Shown here piece after piece: positions 27,567-37,434 of a stretch of 64,000 bases of DNA (positions are counted from its first letter, which is position 1; the number at the start of each line of letters is the position of its first letter). The DNA comes from Planctomycetota bacterium (lineage in GTDB: Bacteria; Planctomycetota; Phycisphaerae; Phycisphaerales; SM1A02): contig JBJTUC010000037.1 of NCBI GenBank assembly GCA_046080505.1, forward strand, positions 11,708 through 75,707. Reading direction: 5' to 3'. The notes under the pieces were generated by a model. That model ran no database searches and was not told the DNA's origin. It worked only from the letters and a program-made list of their open reading frames with translations. A program made the position numbers and the translations under genes.

Positions 27567-28513
27567 GCTCCCATGGTAGTCGCAGGCACGGCAAAAACCG
27601 CATCCACAAAGCGTTTTGGATCGAACGGCTCGACATCCTCGGGCCGCTCACCGACGCCGATCAGTTTCACGGGAATCCCAAGCGCATCATGAATCGCCAC
27701 CGCGACACCGCCGCGCGCGGTGCCATCCATCTTCGCAAGAAAGAGCCCAGTCACTGCCACCGCTTGCCTGAACGCCGTCGCCTGCACGATCGCGTTCTGC
27801 CCACTCGTGGCATCGAGCACGAGCAGCACCTCGTGAGGCGCACCTGGAATCTGCCGCGCAATCACATCGCGAATCTTGGTGAGTTGCCGCATCAGGCTCG
27901 CTTCGTTGTGCAAGCGACCCGCCGTGTCCACGAGCAGCACATCGACCCCTCGTTTGACCGCCGCCTGTGCCGCATCAAACGCAACCGCAGCAGGATCGCC
28001 GCCCGTGGAACCCTTGACGACCTCCACGCCGAGTCGCTGCGCCCAAATGCCAAGCTGCTGCACCGCACCAGCGCGGTAGGTGTCGGCAGCCGCGAGCAGC
28101 ACCGAGCGACCAGACTTGCGGATCGAGTGCGCGATCTTCGCGACGCTCGTGGTCTTGCCCACACCATTCACGCCAACGACCAGCACCACCGCGGGCTTAG
28201 CCACCCCTACTGCGATCTCGCGCGACGCACCCTCGCCACTCGCGAGACGATCCGCGAGTACTCGCTTGAGGAACTCCAGCGCATCCTCTCCGCGTTCCAC
28301 TCGCCCTGCACGAAACTCCGCTCGAAGCGACGCCACGATTTCACGCGCAGCATTCACGCCGACATCCGCCGCCACCAGTTGCGCCTCGATCTCGGTCAAC
28401 AGCTCATCGCTGAGACGGCGTCCATGCAGCACACTGCGCAGTCCAGCGCCAACGGCTGAAGCGGTCTTGGAAAGCCCGCGGCGAATCGCATCGATGGTGG
28501 AGGCAAAGAGCAT
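27563..28513 (-). CDS. ftsY: Signal recognition particle receptor FtsY
   Basis: NG domain motifs VVLVVGVNGVGKTTS, DTAGRLHN and LAKMDGTARGG. The start is placed at MLFASTIDAIRRGL. Confidence 0.92.
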   Translation of the reverse strand: MLFASTIDAIRRGLSKTASAVGAGLRSVLHGRRLSDELLTEIEAQLVAADVGVNAAREIVASLRAEFRAGRVERGEDALEFLKRVLADRLASGEGASREIAVGVAKPAVVLVVGVNGVGKTTSVAKIAHSIRKSGRSVLLAAADTYRAGAVQQLGIWAQRLGVEVVKGSTGGDPAAVAFDAAQAAVKRGVDVLLVDTAGRLHNEASLMRQLTKIRDVIARQIPGAPHEVLLVLDATSGQNAIVQATAFRQAVAVTGLFLAKMDGTARGGVAVAIHDALGIPVKLIGVGERPEDVEPFDPKRFVDAVFAVPATTMGA

Positions 28514-28523
28514 CCGCTCAGCC

Positions 28524-29000
28524 TCACGCCACGCGGTCACCAGGCAACTGCTGCTCGGCGCGGCTGATCGCGATGCGATCGAGGATCGCATTGATGAACG
28601 CGTAACTGCGCTCCGTGCTGTAGACCTTTGCGAGTTCGACGGCACCATTGATGGCAAGCGGCGCGGGAACGCCACCATGCACCACTTCCCAGTAGCCGAT
28701 GCGAAGGATGTTCCGATCCACGCTCGCCTGACGGTTCGTCGGCCACTCAGGTGCAAGCGCGGTCACATCACGGTCGGCATCTGCGCGCGAATCCCAAGCT
28801 GCGCGCGCGAGCGTCATACCGCCATCGACCGCCTCCGGTGGAAAGTCGCACTCCCAGTGAGTGGGATCGCTTGGCCGCGCCTCGCTCGCACGCGCGCGAA
28901 ACGAACGCGCAAGCAGATCGCTGTCGCCGGGACCGCCGCCAAGATCGAACTGGAACAGCGCCTGCAGCGCACAGCAGCGCTCGGGATGCGAAGCACTCAC
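28524..29000 (-). CDS. nusB: Transcription antitermination factor NusB
   Basis: Contains ALQALFQFD... and VDRNILRIGYWEV...AINGAVELAKVYSTERSYAFINAILDRI. The GTG start at 29000 overlaps the ribH stop (GTGA). Confidence 0.88.
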   Translation of the reverse strand: MSASHPERCCALQALFQFDLGGGPGDSDLLARSFRARASEARPSDPTHWECDFPPEAVDGGMTLARAAWDSRADADRDVTALAPEWPTNRQASVDRNILRIGYWEVVHGGVPAPLAINGAVELAKVYSTERSYAFINAILDRIAISRAEQQLPGDRVA

Positions 29001-29521
29001 CGCAACAATCCTGCGCCACGAGGCGGGCCGCCCACCGAACCTCCGGAGAGCGATCGAATCGCGGCGACTGCACGAAGCGCGGCACTCATCGCTTCCTCGC
29101 CCTTGTTGCCCTTCGCGCCGCCCGCGCGCGCGCGTGCCTGCTCGATCGTCGCGCATGTCAGGACCCCGAAACACACAGGCTTGCCGCTGTCGAGCCCCAC
29201 GCGCATCAATCCATGCGCGACGGCATCGGAGATGTACCGATCATGGCTCGTCTCCCCGGTGAGCACACAGCCGATCGCCACAACAGCGTCCACATCCGCC
29301 CGCTGTGCAGCCGCTGCAGCGATCACAGGCAGTTCAAACGCGCCTGGCGCCATGATTTGTTCAAGCCGGTCCGAGCGACCCTCGGCCTTCTCGAACGCGC
29401 GCCGCGCTCCGTTCGCGAGCGTTCCACTGATATCGGCGTGGTAACCGCTGACGACAAGCACGACTGTCATGTCGTTCGCGCGAAGTGGCGAGTGATCCGC
29501 TGCATGATCGGACGGCTTCAT
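28997..29521 (-). CDS. ribH: 6,7-dimethyl-8-ribityllumazine synthase
   Basis: APGAFELPVIAAAAA...AIGCVLTGETSHDRYISDAVAHGLMRVGLDSGKPVCFGVLT is the RibH core. An alternative start is ATG 29470. Confidence 0.9.
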   Translation of the reverse strand: MKPSDHAADHSPLRANDMTVVLVVSGYHADISGTLANGARRAFEKAEGRSDRLEQIMAPGAFELPVIAAAAAQRADVDAVVAIGCVLTGETSHDRYISDAVAHGLMRVGLDSGKPVCFGVLTCATIEQARARAGGAKGNKGEEAMSAALRAVAAIRSLSGGSVGGPPRGAGLLR

Positions 29522-29549
29522 GGGGGGAGCGCGATGGTAGCCTCGCAAC

Positions 29550-30524
29550 ATGGCGGGCGTCGCACGCAAAGTGCTCTCCGCAGTCGAACTGACGCGCACA
29601 TCGATGGCATTCGGCGCCATCACCGACTTGTGGCTCATCGTCATTCTGTCGCGCACTCGACCGGAGTACCACTACATGCCTGTGGCGACCATGCCACTCG
29701 CGCAAGCGTTGGCGGCCTCGGCCGTCATCGCGGTCGGACTCTTCGCCTTCGGCGCAACGCTGAACGATCTGCTCGATGCGCGGCGTGACCGCGTCTTCAG
29801 TCCGCGGCGTCCGCTCGCGGCTGGCGATCTTGGTGGAACGCAAGCGCTGACCGTTGCACTCGGATCATTGCTGATAGCGATTGCGGGAGCCCTGCTGTTC
29901 GGCAGCGGCGCACTGCTTATCACCCTGCTCGTGGCAGGCGGTCTCGTCTTCTACAACGGCGCGGGCAAGTACATACCAGGTGTCGGCATCATGACGATCG
30001 GTCTGCTGCACGCGGCACACATGCTGATCCCCAATGACCAGTTCACCTTCACGCTGCCAGCTTGGCTTGCCATGACGCATGCGTTGGTCGTCGCCGCCGC
30101 CGTGCATGTTTTACAGGGGAAACGACCGCCGCTTTCTTGGCGCGCGATTGCATCGGTGATCGCGGGATGGATCGCGTGGAGCAGCATTCTCATCGGTCTT
30201 GGAGTCATGCGTTCTTCTGGATCATTCTGGCCGAGTGATGCGCCTCTCTGGGGCGCGCTCCTGCCCGTGCTCGCCGCGGCTGGCTTCGGTGCTGTTCTGC
30301 TTCGCAAGATTCCGCGAGCACTCACGCCGCAGATCGCGGCGGCGAAGGTCGCGCGGTACGGTGCGCTCTGGCAATCGGTGTACGCAGCCTCGTGGCTCTT
30401 TGCTTGGGGGCAGTTCGGGTGGGGCTTGATCGCGCTCGTCATGGCGGCGTTCGCGTTCGGTCTGACCATTGCCGTGAAAGAAGTGTCGACCGCACTGCAT
30501 GATCCGCTCGGCTTCCGCGGCTGA
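29550..30524 (+). CDS. UbiA-family prenyltransferase (polytopic membrane protein)
   Basis: Asp-rich motif NDLLDARRDRVFSPRRPLAAG and about 8 TM helices. The start is uncertain (alternative ATG 29604). Confidence 0.7.
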   Translation: MAGVARKVLSAVELTRTSMAFGAITDLWLIVILSRTRPEYHYMPVATMPLAQALAASAVIAVGLFAFGATLNDLLDARRDRVFSPRRPLAAGDLGGTQALTVALGSLLIAIAGALLFGSGALLITLLVAGGLVFYNGAGKYIPGVGIMTIGLLHAAHMLIPNDQFTFTLPAWLAMTHALVVAAAVHVLQGKRPPLSWRAIASVIAGWIAWSSILIGLGVMRSSGSFWPSDAPLWGALLPVLAAAGFGAVLLRKIPRALTPQIAAAKVARYGALWQSVYAASWLFAWGQFGWGLIALVMAAFAFGLTIAVKEVSTALHDPLGFRG

Positions 30525-30608
30525 ACCCTTCTCGCCGTAGCATCCGCCCCCACGATGGTTGCGAGCGATCGGCGAGAGACAGACGCGGCGCGCTGCCCCG
30601 CGACGACC

Positions 30609-33600
30609 ATGCCTCACGCGGTCGTCCATCTGCGGATCGCACGACTCTTTCCCCTGCTCTGGTTGCCGCTCTGGTTGCTGCTCTGCGCGACACGTACGGA
30701 CGCACAGGAACTACGCGCCGTTCCGATCACGGGACAGTCACTCGGCGGGTTCGTCATTCCGGTCGAACCAGTGACGGGCGATATCCGCATCGAAGGCGTT
30801 CGAGCGTGGACTTGGACGGTCGACGACACGCAGCGCGTTCAGCTCGAAGGTGATGTGCAAGTTCGCTTCGGCGGCTACTTCTTCACCAGCACCGATGCGG
30901 TGGTCTGGATCAACCGCATCCCAAGCGCGGCTGGACTGATCAATCAAATCGCCATCTATTTCCCAGAGGCGGAGGAACCCACACGCCGCGCCGGCCTCGG
31001 AGCGAGCGGCAGCGATCTGCTGGTCACGGGCAGCAGCCGTGGCGAAGTGCAACTCTCCGCGGTGATGGTTGAACAGAAGCCGCCACCGAGCGGCAGCGTG
31101 CTCACCGCCGCGACGGCACGCGTGAAGCGTTACCTCGAGTCGGTCGCGCGCGGTGCGCTCTTGCAGCGCAGACCGCAAGTGGATGCGCCGCCGCCACCAC
31201 CGAGGGATCCGCCGCTGATGATCGGTGCCTCGCCCGTTCCACCGCCACCCGAGCCAGCACTTCCCTCGCCGCTCATTCGCGCGGCGAAGGACAGCGCGGA
31301 GATCTTCAGCCCGCGCGGATCGGTCTCCTTCTCCGCCGGTGATGTCTCCGTCGACACCGCGCAGAACTGCGTGATGCTCGCGGGCACCGTGCGTGTGGAC
31401 TACACCAGTCCTCCTGGCGAGGGTCCGCTGCGCGAACTGCAACTCTCCGCCGACCGCGGCGTGGTGTTCCTGAAGCCTGAATCCACGGGTGGTGCAGCGG
31501 AGACGAGCGCTCTCCTCGATGCGCGCGACATTGCGGGCATCTACCTCGAAGGCGATGTGATTGCCACCGACTCCAACTATGTGCTGCGAGGCAAGCGTGT
31601 TTACTACGACCTCGAACGCAACAAAGCCATCGTCCTCGACGCGGTCATGCGAACCACGATGCGGAACGGACTTCTTGCCTACGCGCGCGCGGCGGAGATG
31701 CGCCAGATCGCGGCAGGCGAGTTCGAAGCGGACACCGCACGCGTCTCCACCAGCGAGTTCTTCACCCCTCACCTCTCCGTCGGCGTCTCGAAGCTGACCG
31801 TCACCGAGGACAGCTCGCCCGGCGGCTCAGGCAGCTTCTTCACTGGGCAGCATGCCACGCTGCGCGCGAGCGGCGTTCCCCTGCTGTACTGGCCGTACAT
31901 CGCAGGGTCGCCCAACCAGATTCCGCTGAAGTACATCAATGTGGGATTCAACGACTTTCTTGGAACGATCATCAAGAGCGACTGGGATCTGCTCGATCTC
32001 ATGGGGATCGAGAATGCCGAGCCGCTCACGGAAGTCCGGTTGCTGCAGGAGGCGTACACAAAGAACGCAGCGGGTCTTGGCGTCTCGGCGCAGGCAAACA
32101 TCTTTGGCAGTGCCGCGAACATTCGCGCGATGGGTCTCTATGACTTCGGCAACGAGGAACAGACTGCCGCGGGACAGACCATCATCAGTCCCATCAAGTA
32201 CCGCGGAGATGCCGAGGGCAGTTGGCGAGGCAATCTCGCGAGCGATGTCACTTTGGCAATCGAGTTTGCCGTCTTCAGCGACTCCACCTACGCGTCCATC
32301 TTCAAGCAGAACGACTACCTCAATCGACGCGAGTACGAGACCATGGGCTATCTGAACTGGCAGGATGGGAACAACTCTCTATCGCTGCTGCTCAAGTACA
32401 ACCCAAACAACTTCATCTCCAACGCATCCATTCTTGCCTCGCGCCCCTACATCACCGACAAGCTGCCTGAACTCGCCTATCAGCGTTACGGCGACTCGCT
32501 CTTCGGCGACACGCTCACCTGGTCGCAGCAGTACTCAGGCAACCTCATGCGGCTCGATCTGCAGACTGGATCACCATCGCAGCTCGGCATCTCACCGCTC
32601 GCGTTCTCAACATCTGGGCTCTATCCATCCACGCTCAATGTGAAGGATGCCTATGAGTCCGCTGGGTATGACGGTCTGACCCGCTCCCGCATCTACACGC
32701 GGCAGGAGTTGTCCATGCCACTCGAACTGGGTTCGGTGAAGGCGGTGCCTTTCGTGCATGGCCAACTCGCCGCATACATCCTCAACAACTTCACGGACTA
32801 CAACCCGGACGCGTCGGACTGGCGAACCCTCGTCGGCGCAGGCAGCCGCTTCTCGACCGAGTGGACCGCCAACTACAACTCCGTGCGAAGTTCGTTCCTT
32901 GATCTGAACCGCCTCCATCATGTCGTGCAGCCAAGCGCGACGCTGTGGTACGGCTGGAACTCGCAGAGCGTTCTCAACATGCCCGTCTACGACCAGGAAG
33001 TGGAGGCCACTTCCGGCGCTGCCGTCGCGCATGCCGCGATCTCGAACAAGTTGCAGACGATGCGCGGTGGTCCAGGCAACTGGCGTTCCGTCGATTGGCT
33101 CGTGCTGAATGTCGGCGCCGCGGTCGACAACCAAGGAAACACCCTGCAGCCAACGACCACCGCGACCGATCCGCTCGGCCTGCAGTATTCGCAGTCGCCG
33201 ATGCCGACCTTCTATTCGTGGCGTCCCGAGTATTCGCAGTGGGGCGACCATGTCTATGCCAACGCGACATGGCAGCTGAGTGATGCGTTCTCGCTGTACG
33301 GACAGGGCACTTACCTGCTCGAGGACCGCGGCAATTCACTGAACAGTTTCGGACTCACCGACCTTGGGCGCGGAACGATTGGCGGCAGCGTTCAGCAGTC
33401 ACCGGACGTGCGCGTCTTTGCGGAGTACCGCTATGTGAACACCTTTGGTGTCGCCGGCTATCCCGCCGACGAGTTCCTGCAGGGCGGATTCGCGTACCAA
33501 CTGAGCAAGAAGTATGCGCTCACCGTCGCACCTCAGTACGACCTCGTGCAAGAGGACTTCCGCGCTTTCTCCGCAGCACTGACAAGAACCTTCCCCGACT

Positions 33601-33758
33601 TCTTCCTCTCGATCGGCGCTTCGTACAACAAGATCACTGATCTCACCACATTCAACGCCAGCATTCAGATTCCTGGCGCGGGCCGCGCCGGACTCGCGCT
33701 CGATTCGGAATCGCTCGCGCAGGGCAATTCGCTCGTGCCAGGACTTGCGGAACCGTAG
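30609..33758 (+). CDS. lptD: LptD/OstA-like outer-membrane LPS assembly protein (long PVC-type form)
   Basis: Signal peptide present. OstA-like N-terminal repeats (VQLEGDVQVRFGGYFFTSTDAVVW; YLEGDVIATDSNYVLRGKRVYYD), GVPLLYWPYIAG, and a long Y/F/W-rich beta-barrel-like C-terminal part. Confidence 0.65.
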   Translation: MPHAVVHLRIARLFPLLWLPLWLLLCATRTDAQELRAVPITGQSLGGFVIPVEPVTGDIRIEGVRAWTWTVDDTQRVQLEGDVQVRFGGYFFTSTDAVVWINRIPSAAGLINQIAIYFPEAEEPTRRAGLGASGSDLLVTGSSRGEVQLSAVMVEQKPPPSGSVLTAATARVKRYLESVARGALLQRRPQVDAPPPPPRDPPLMIGASPVPPPPEPALPSPLIRAAKDSAEIFSPRGSVSFSAGDVSVDTAQNCVMLAGTVRVDYTSPPGEGPLRELQLSADRGVVFLKPESTGGAAETSALLDARDIAGIYLEGDVIATDSNYVLRGKRVYYDLERNKAIVLDAVMRTTMRNGLLAYARAAEMRQIAAGEFEADTARVSTSEFFTPHLSVGVSKLTVTEDSSPGGSGSFFTGQHATLRASGVPLLYWPYIAGSPNQIPLKYINVGFNDFLGTIIKSDWDLLDLMGIENAEPLTEVRLLQEAYTKNAAGLGVSAQANIFGSAANIRAMGLYDFGNEEQTAAGQTIISPIKYRGDAEGSWRGNLASDVTLAIEFAVFSDSTYASIFKQNDYLNRREYETMGYLNWQDGNNSLSLLLKYNPNNFISNASILASRPYITDKLPELAYQRYGDSLFGDTLTWSQQYSGNLMRLDLQTGSPSQLGISPLAFSTSGLYPSTLNVKDAYESAGYDGLTRSRIYTRQELSMPLELGSVKAVPFVHGQLAAYILNNFTDYNPDASDWRTLVGAGSRFSTEWTANYNSVRSSFLDLNRLHHVVQPSATLWYGWNSQSVLNMPVYDQEVEATSGAAVAHAAISNKLQTMRGGPGNWRSVDWLVLNVGAAVDNQGNTLQPTTTATDPLGLQYSQSPMPTFYSWRPEYSQWGDHVYANATWQLSDAFSLYGQGTYLLEDRGNSLNSFGLTDLGRGTIGGSVQQSPDVRVFAEYRYVNTFGVAGYPADEFLQGGFAYQLSKKYALTVAPQYDLVQEDFRAFSAALTRTFPDFFLSIGASYNKITDLTTFNASIQIPGAGRAGLALDSESLAQGNSLVPGLAEP

Positions 33759-33789
33759 CCACCGCGGCAGTCGCGGCAAACGCTGCCTT

Positions 33790-34830
33790 TCACTCGGGGA
33801 ACAGACTCGAGCGATCGTCCGCTGCCGGCGAAAACGCAAGATGCACATGCTTCGCGCCCGCCGCGGTGATGCGTCTGCCCTGTCGAGTACGCGCAACGAA
33901 TCCTGTCTGCAGCAAGAAGGGTTCCACCACATCCTCGAGCGTGCCGCCATCTTCACCCATCGATGCGGCAAGTGCTTCGACGCCGACTGGGCCGCCTTGG
34001 TAGACGCCGCCGAGCGTCGTCAGGTACTTGCGATCAAGCGCGTCAAGTCCGACCGCGTCCACCGACTCCAACTCGAGCGCAGCATCAACCGTGCCAATCC
34101 CAACGGATCCATCACCACGCACGAGCGCGAAGTCATGAACGCGGCGAAGCAGCCGCAGCGCCACGCGCGGCGTGCCTCGACTGCGCGATGCGATCATCGC
34201 GAGCGCATCCTTCGCCACCGAACCCACCTCAAGAATCCGCGTGGCACGATCGAGAATCGAGAGCAGATCACCCTCCGGGTAGAAGCCCAAGTGATGCGTG
34301 ATGCCAAAGCGCGTTCGCAGCGCCTGCGTCAGCAGACCCGGTCGCGTTGTCGCGCCGATGATCGTGAACGGCTTCAGATTGACGGTCACCACCTTTGCGT
34401 GCATTCCCGAATCGACCGTGAAGTCGATCCGGAAGTCCTCCATCGCCGGGTAGATGTACTCCTCGACCGATGCTGGCAACCGATGAATCTCATCGATAAA
34501 CAGCACATCGCGCTCCTGCATCCGCGTGAGCATGCCCACCAGATCACCCGCCTTTGTCAGCGCAGGCCCGCTGGTGACGGACGCGTGCGCGTCCATTTCA
34601 TTTGCAATCACATGTGCAAGCGTCGTCTTTCCAAGCCCCGGCGGTCCGTGCAGCAGAACATGCTCCATCGGCTTTCCCCGCTGTTTCGCGGCCGCAAGCG
34701 CGATGCCGAGCCGCTCCTTCAGCGACGACTGCCCAACATACTCCGCCATGCGCTGCGGACGAATCGAAGGGACGGCAGTCGCCTCATCATCCGACTGCGC
34801 CGCCGCTGAAACGATTCTTTCTTTGGCCAT
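33790..34830 (-). CDS. ruvB: Holliday junction branch migration helicase RuvB
   Basis: Contains LHGPPGLGKTTLA, DEIHRL, TTRPGLLTQALRTRFG and a winged-helix C-terminus. Confidence 0.95.
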   Translation of the reverse strand: MAKERIVSAAAQSDDEATAVPSIRPQRMAEYVGQSSLKERLGIALAAAKQRGKPMEHVLLHGPPGLGKTTLAHVIANEMDAHASVTSGPALTKAGDLVGMLTRMQERDVLFIDEIHRLPASVEEYIYPAMEDFRIDFTVDSGMHAKVVTVNLKPFTIIGATTRPGLLTQALRTRFGITHHLGFYPEGDLLSILDRATRILEVGSVAKDALAMIASRSRGTPRVALRLLRRVHDFALVRGDGSVGIGTVDAALELESVDAVGLDALDRKYLTTLGGVYQGGPVGVEALAASMGEDGGTLEDVVEPFLLQTGFVARTRQGRRITAAGAKHVHLAFSPAADDRSSLFPE

Positions 34831-34885
34831 CCGTGACCGCTCCTCGCGTGCGCAGGGCTTTTGGGCGCCCTGCTCGACCGATCCG

Positions 34886-35494
34886 TCAGAACTTCACCAC
34901 TGGCACTGCACGCTCCGACTCGCCTGCCTTGAAGAAGTCGAATGGAGTGAACCCGAAGAGTCGCCCGACGATGTTTGCGGGAAACTGCGCGAGGGTCGCG
35001 TTGAACCCTTGTGCCGACCCATTGAACCCGCCGCGTGACTGCGCGATGCCGCCCTCAAGTCCTGCCAACTCCCCTTGCAACTGCAGGAAGTTCTGATTCG
35101 CCTTCAAATCGGGATATGCCTCGGCGACCGCCATCAGACGCCCGAGTGCGCCCGTCAACTGCCCCTCCGCCTCGCCACGCTCGGCGATGGTGCCGCCTTT
35201 CATCGCAGCGGCGCGCGCCTGAATCACCGCCTCAAGCGTGCCGCGCTCGTGCGCCGCGTAGCCCTGCACGGTGCTGACGAGATTCGGGATCAGATCATGA
35301 CGACGCTTCAGTTGAACATCGATGCCGCTGAACGCAGCCTCGGTCGCCACACGAAGCCTTTGCAGCGAGTTGTAAACGCCCATCACATAGAGACCGACGA
35401 TGATGGCGAGCACCACGAGACCAACGACCACGATCACCAGAATTCCGAGTTCAGCCGCAAGTTGTCCGAGGACATTTGTCATCGTTTTCTTCAC
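34886..35494 (-). CDS. LemA family protein
   Basis: One N-terminal TM helix, then YNSLQRLRVATEAAFSGIDVQLKRRHDLIPNLV...YPDLKANQNF. Confidence 0.88.
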   Translation of the reverse strand: MKKTMTNVLGQLAAELGILVIVVVGLVVLAIIVGLYVMGVYNSLQRLRVATEAAFSGIDVQLKRRHDLIPNLVSTVQGYAAHERGTLEAVIQARAAAMKGGTIAERGEAEGQLTGALGRLMAVAEAYPDLKANQNFLQLQGELAGLEGGIAQSRGGFNGSAQGFNATLAQFPANIVGRLFGFTPFDFFKAGESERAVPVVKF

Positions 35495-35580
35495 TCCATC
35501 CAGCGCAGTCGGGGCGGGCGGGCACGCGCCAGCCGTGCGCCCCAGACGATCCGCGGGATGCTACGCCATCGCGCCGCCGC

Positions 35581-36063
35581 TTACGAACCGCCGAGTTTCA
35601 CCACGCGCATGAACTCCGCCGCGGTGACGGGCGTCACCGAAAGTCGATTGCCCCGCTGCAAGATCCGCATGCCAGACAGTGCCCGGTCCGCACGCAGCAT
35701 CTGTAGCGTCACAGGAACGACGAACCGTGATTCGAAGCGCATCTTCACGGCACACCAACGCGGGTCCTCACGCTTCGACGCCTCGTCAAAGCCCTCGTGG
35801 CGCGGATCGAACTGTGTGGAATCGGGCTGAGCCAGACCCGCGACGACTGCGGTACCGACCACGCCGCTCGGGTCGCCGTTGGAGTGGTGGAACAGCACAC
35901 GGTCACCCACCCGCATCGAACGCAGGAAGTTCCGAGCTTGATAGTTGCGTACTCCGTCCCACAGCGTCACACCCTCGCGTCGCAGATCGTCGATCGAATA
36001 CACATCTGGCTCCGACTTGGCGAGCCAATAGAGATCGGCATCCTCATTCGTTCGGCGCGCCAC
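35581..36063 (-). CDS. EVE (PUA-like) domain protein
   Basis: YWLAKSEPDVYSIDDL...WDGVRNYQARNFLRSMRVGDRVLFHHS matches the EVE domain signature. Confidence 0.85.
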   Translation of the reverse strand: MARRTNEDADLYWLAKSEPDVYSIDDLRREGVTLWDGVRNYQARNFLRSMRVGDRVLFHHSNGDPSGVVGTAVVAGLAQPDSTQFDPRHEGFDEASKREDPRWCAVKMRFESRFVVPVTLQMLRADRALSGMRILQRGNRLSVTPVTAAEFMRVVKLGGS

Positions 36064-36066
36064 GCT

Positions 36067-36792
36067 TCAGTTCCAGTTCATCCCACGCGGCGGAACGCGC
36101 AACTTCTGCGCTTCCGCCTTCGCGATGAAACGATCCATGCGGCAGAGATCGCTCCAGATCAGCTTGGCGCGTTCCATCGCGTCATGCTCCGCCAGCAGCT
36201 GATAGCGGAGCGCCTCATCCCTCACCATCGCGAACGCCACCAGTTCAAGCGCCACTTCATTCGAAAGTTCAGGTCGCTCGATCCAATCCACGATCGTGCG
36301 CGCCGCATGCATCCGCTGCATGCGCATCCCCGACAGCATCGACCGCATCTCTGAGCGCACTCGCCCAAGCCCGCGCACCCTTCGCTGCGGGTTCTCAATC
36401 GGATGCAACATGGCCTGCCGATACCAGCGCGCCGCCGTGGGTTCATCCAAACGATCGATCGCCGCGCGGCAGAGCCCCTGCAGCACGATGTCGTATCGAC
36501 CATCCTCGCGTTCCTGATGCTGCACGATGTGACCAACGCATACCACCTTGCGCAGCGGCGGGTTTCGTCTCTCCATCGGTGCATCGGGACTCATGCTCGG
36601 CGATGCGCTCGGCTCGATGCTTGCGATCGCGATCGGCAGCGACTGCTTGCCGCGCGCGAGAGGCTCGAGTGCACACGCCACCATCTGGCGATAGCGCGGC
36701 TCAAAAATGTGCAGCGGCAGCGCCGTGTGCGGCAGCAGGCACACGCCCGGCAGCGGGAACAGTGCGATGGGCACGGAGAAATTGACGGACAC
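36067..36792 (-). CDS. Lon N-terminal (LON substrate-binding, PUA-like) domain protein without ATPase or protease domains
   Basis: Contains IALFPLPGVCLLPHTALPLHIFEPRYRQMV. I chose the GTG at 36792 because family members start a few residues before this block; an alternative ATG is at 36858. Confidence 0.7.
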   Translation of the reverse strand: MSVNFSVPIALFPLPGVCLLPHTALPLHIFEPRYRQMVACALEPLARGKQSLPIAIASIEPSASPSMSPDAPMERRNPPLRKVVCVGHIVQHQEREDGRYDIVLQGLCRAAIDRLDEPTAARWYRQAMLHPIENPQRRVRGLGRVRSEMRSMLSGMRMQRMHAARTIVDWIERPELSNEVALELVAFAMVRDEALRYQLLAEHDAMERAKLIWSDLCRMDRFIAKAEAQKLRVPPRGMNWN

Positions 36793-36876
36793 CGACTGGG
36801 TCACCTTGCCACATCCTATTCCTATGCTCTCTTCGATTTGCAGTGGATTGCTGAACATCCTGCCTGGATCTTGGTC

Positions 36877-37410
36877 ATGGGCGTCGCAGCGTCCGCAGTC
36901 ATCGCATGGATCGGGCTGCAGCGGGGTTCCCTGCGTCTGGTCGCTTGCGCCGCCGCTCCCCTGCTCATCGGCGCGCTTGCGGCGGCGATCGGCTGGGGTG
37001 TGATCACACCGGGCGAGCACGCACAGCAGCGGGTCGAGCAACTCGTCGCGGCCGTTGTTGCAGGCGATGTCGCGGCAGCGAAGGAATGCTTCAGTGAACG
37101 CGCCTCCATCCATGTGGGCCGCCTGAACAGTCCGGGTGAAGGGCGCGATCGAATCGACCGAGCGTTCGACTCCTTCGCGGGTCGCCATCGCATCGAATCG
37201 AACACGCTTCTCTCGCTCGATGCGCGCACGCTCTCCGACGAAGCAGGCGAGGTCGAGATCGCCTGCCGCACGACCACGGTTTCCTCCGCTGGCGCAGTGC
37301 CGACTCGCTGGCACTTTGAAGTGGTTCGCGAGCAGGACGGCATCTGGAGAATCCTTCGCATCACATGGCTACGGCTCGGTGGTGAAGTCCCCTCGCTCTC
37401 GCTGCTGTAA
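36877..37410 (+). CDS. Membrane-anchored NTF2/SnoaL-like (DUF4440-like) protein
   Basis: Two N-terminal TM helices, then VEQLVAAVVAGDVAAAKECFSERASIHVG...RWHFEVVREQDGIWRILRITW. The fold assignment is by pattern only. Confidence 0.45.
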   Translation: MGVAASAVIAWIGLQRGSLRLVACAAAPLLIGALAAAIGWGVITPGEHAQQRVEQLVAAVVAGDVAAAKECFSERASIHVGRLNSPGEGRDRIDRAFDSFAGRHRIESNTLLSLDARTLSDEAGEVEIACRTTTVSSAGAVPTRWHFEVVREQDGIWRILRITWLRLGGEVPSLSLL

Positions 37411-37434
37411 ACGCCACGCAAGACGACTCCGCGG

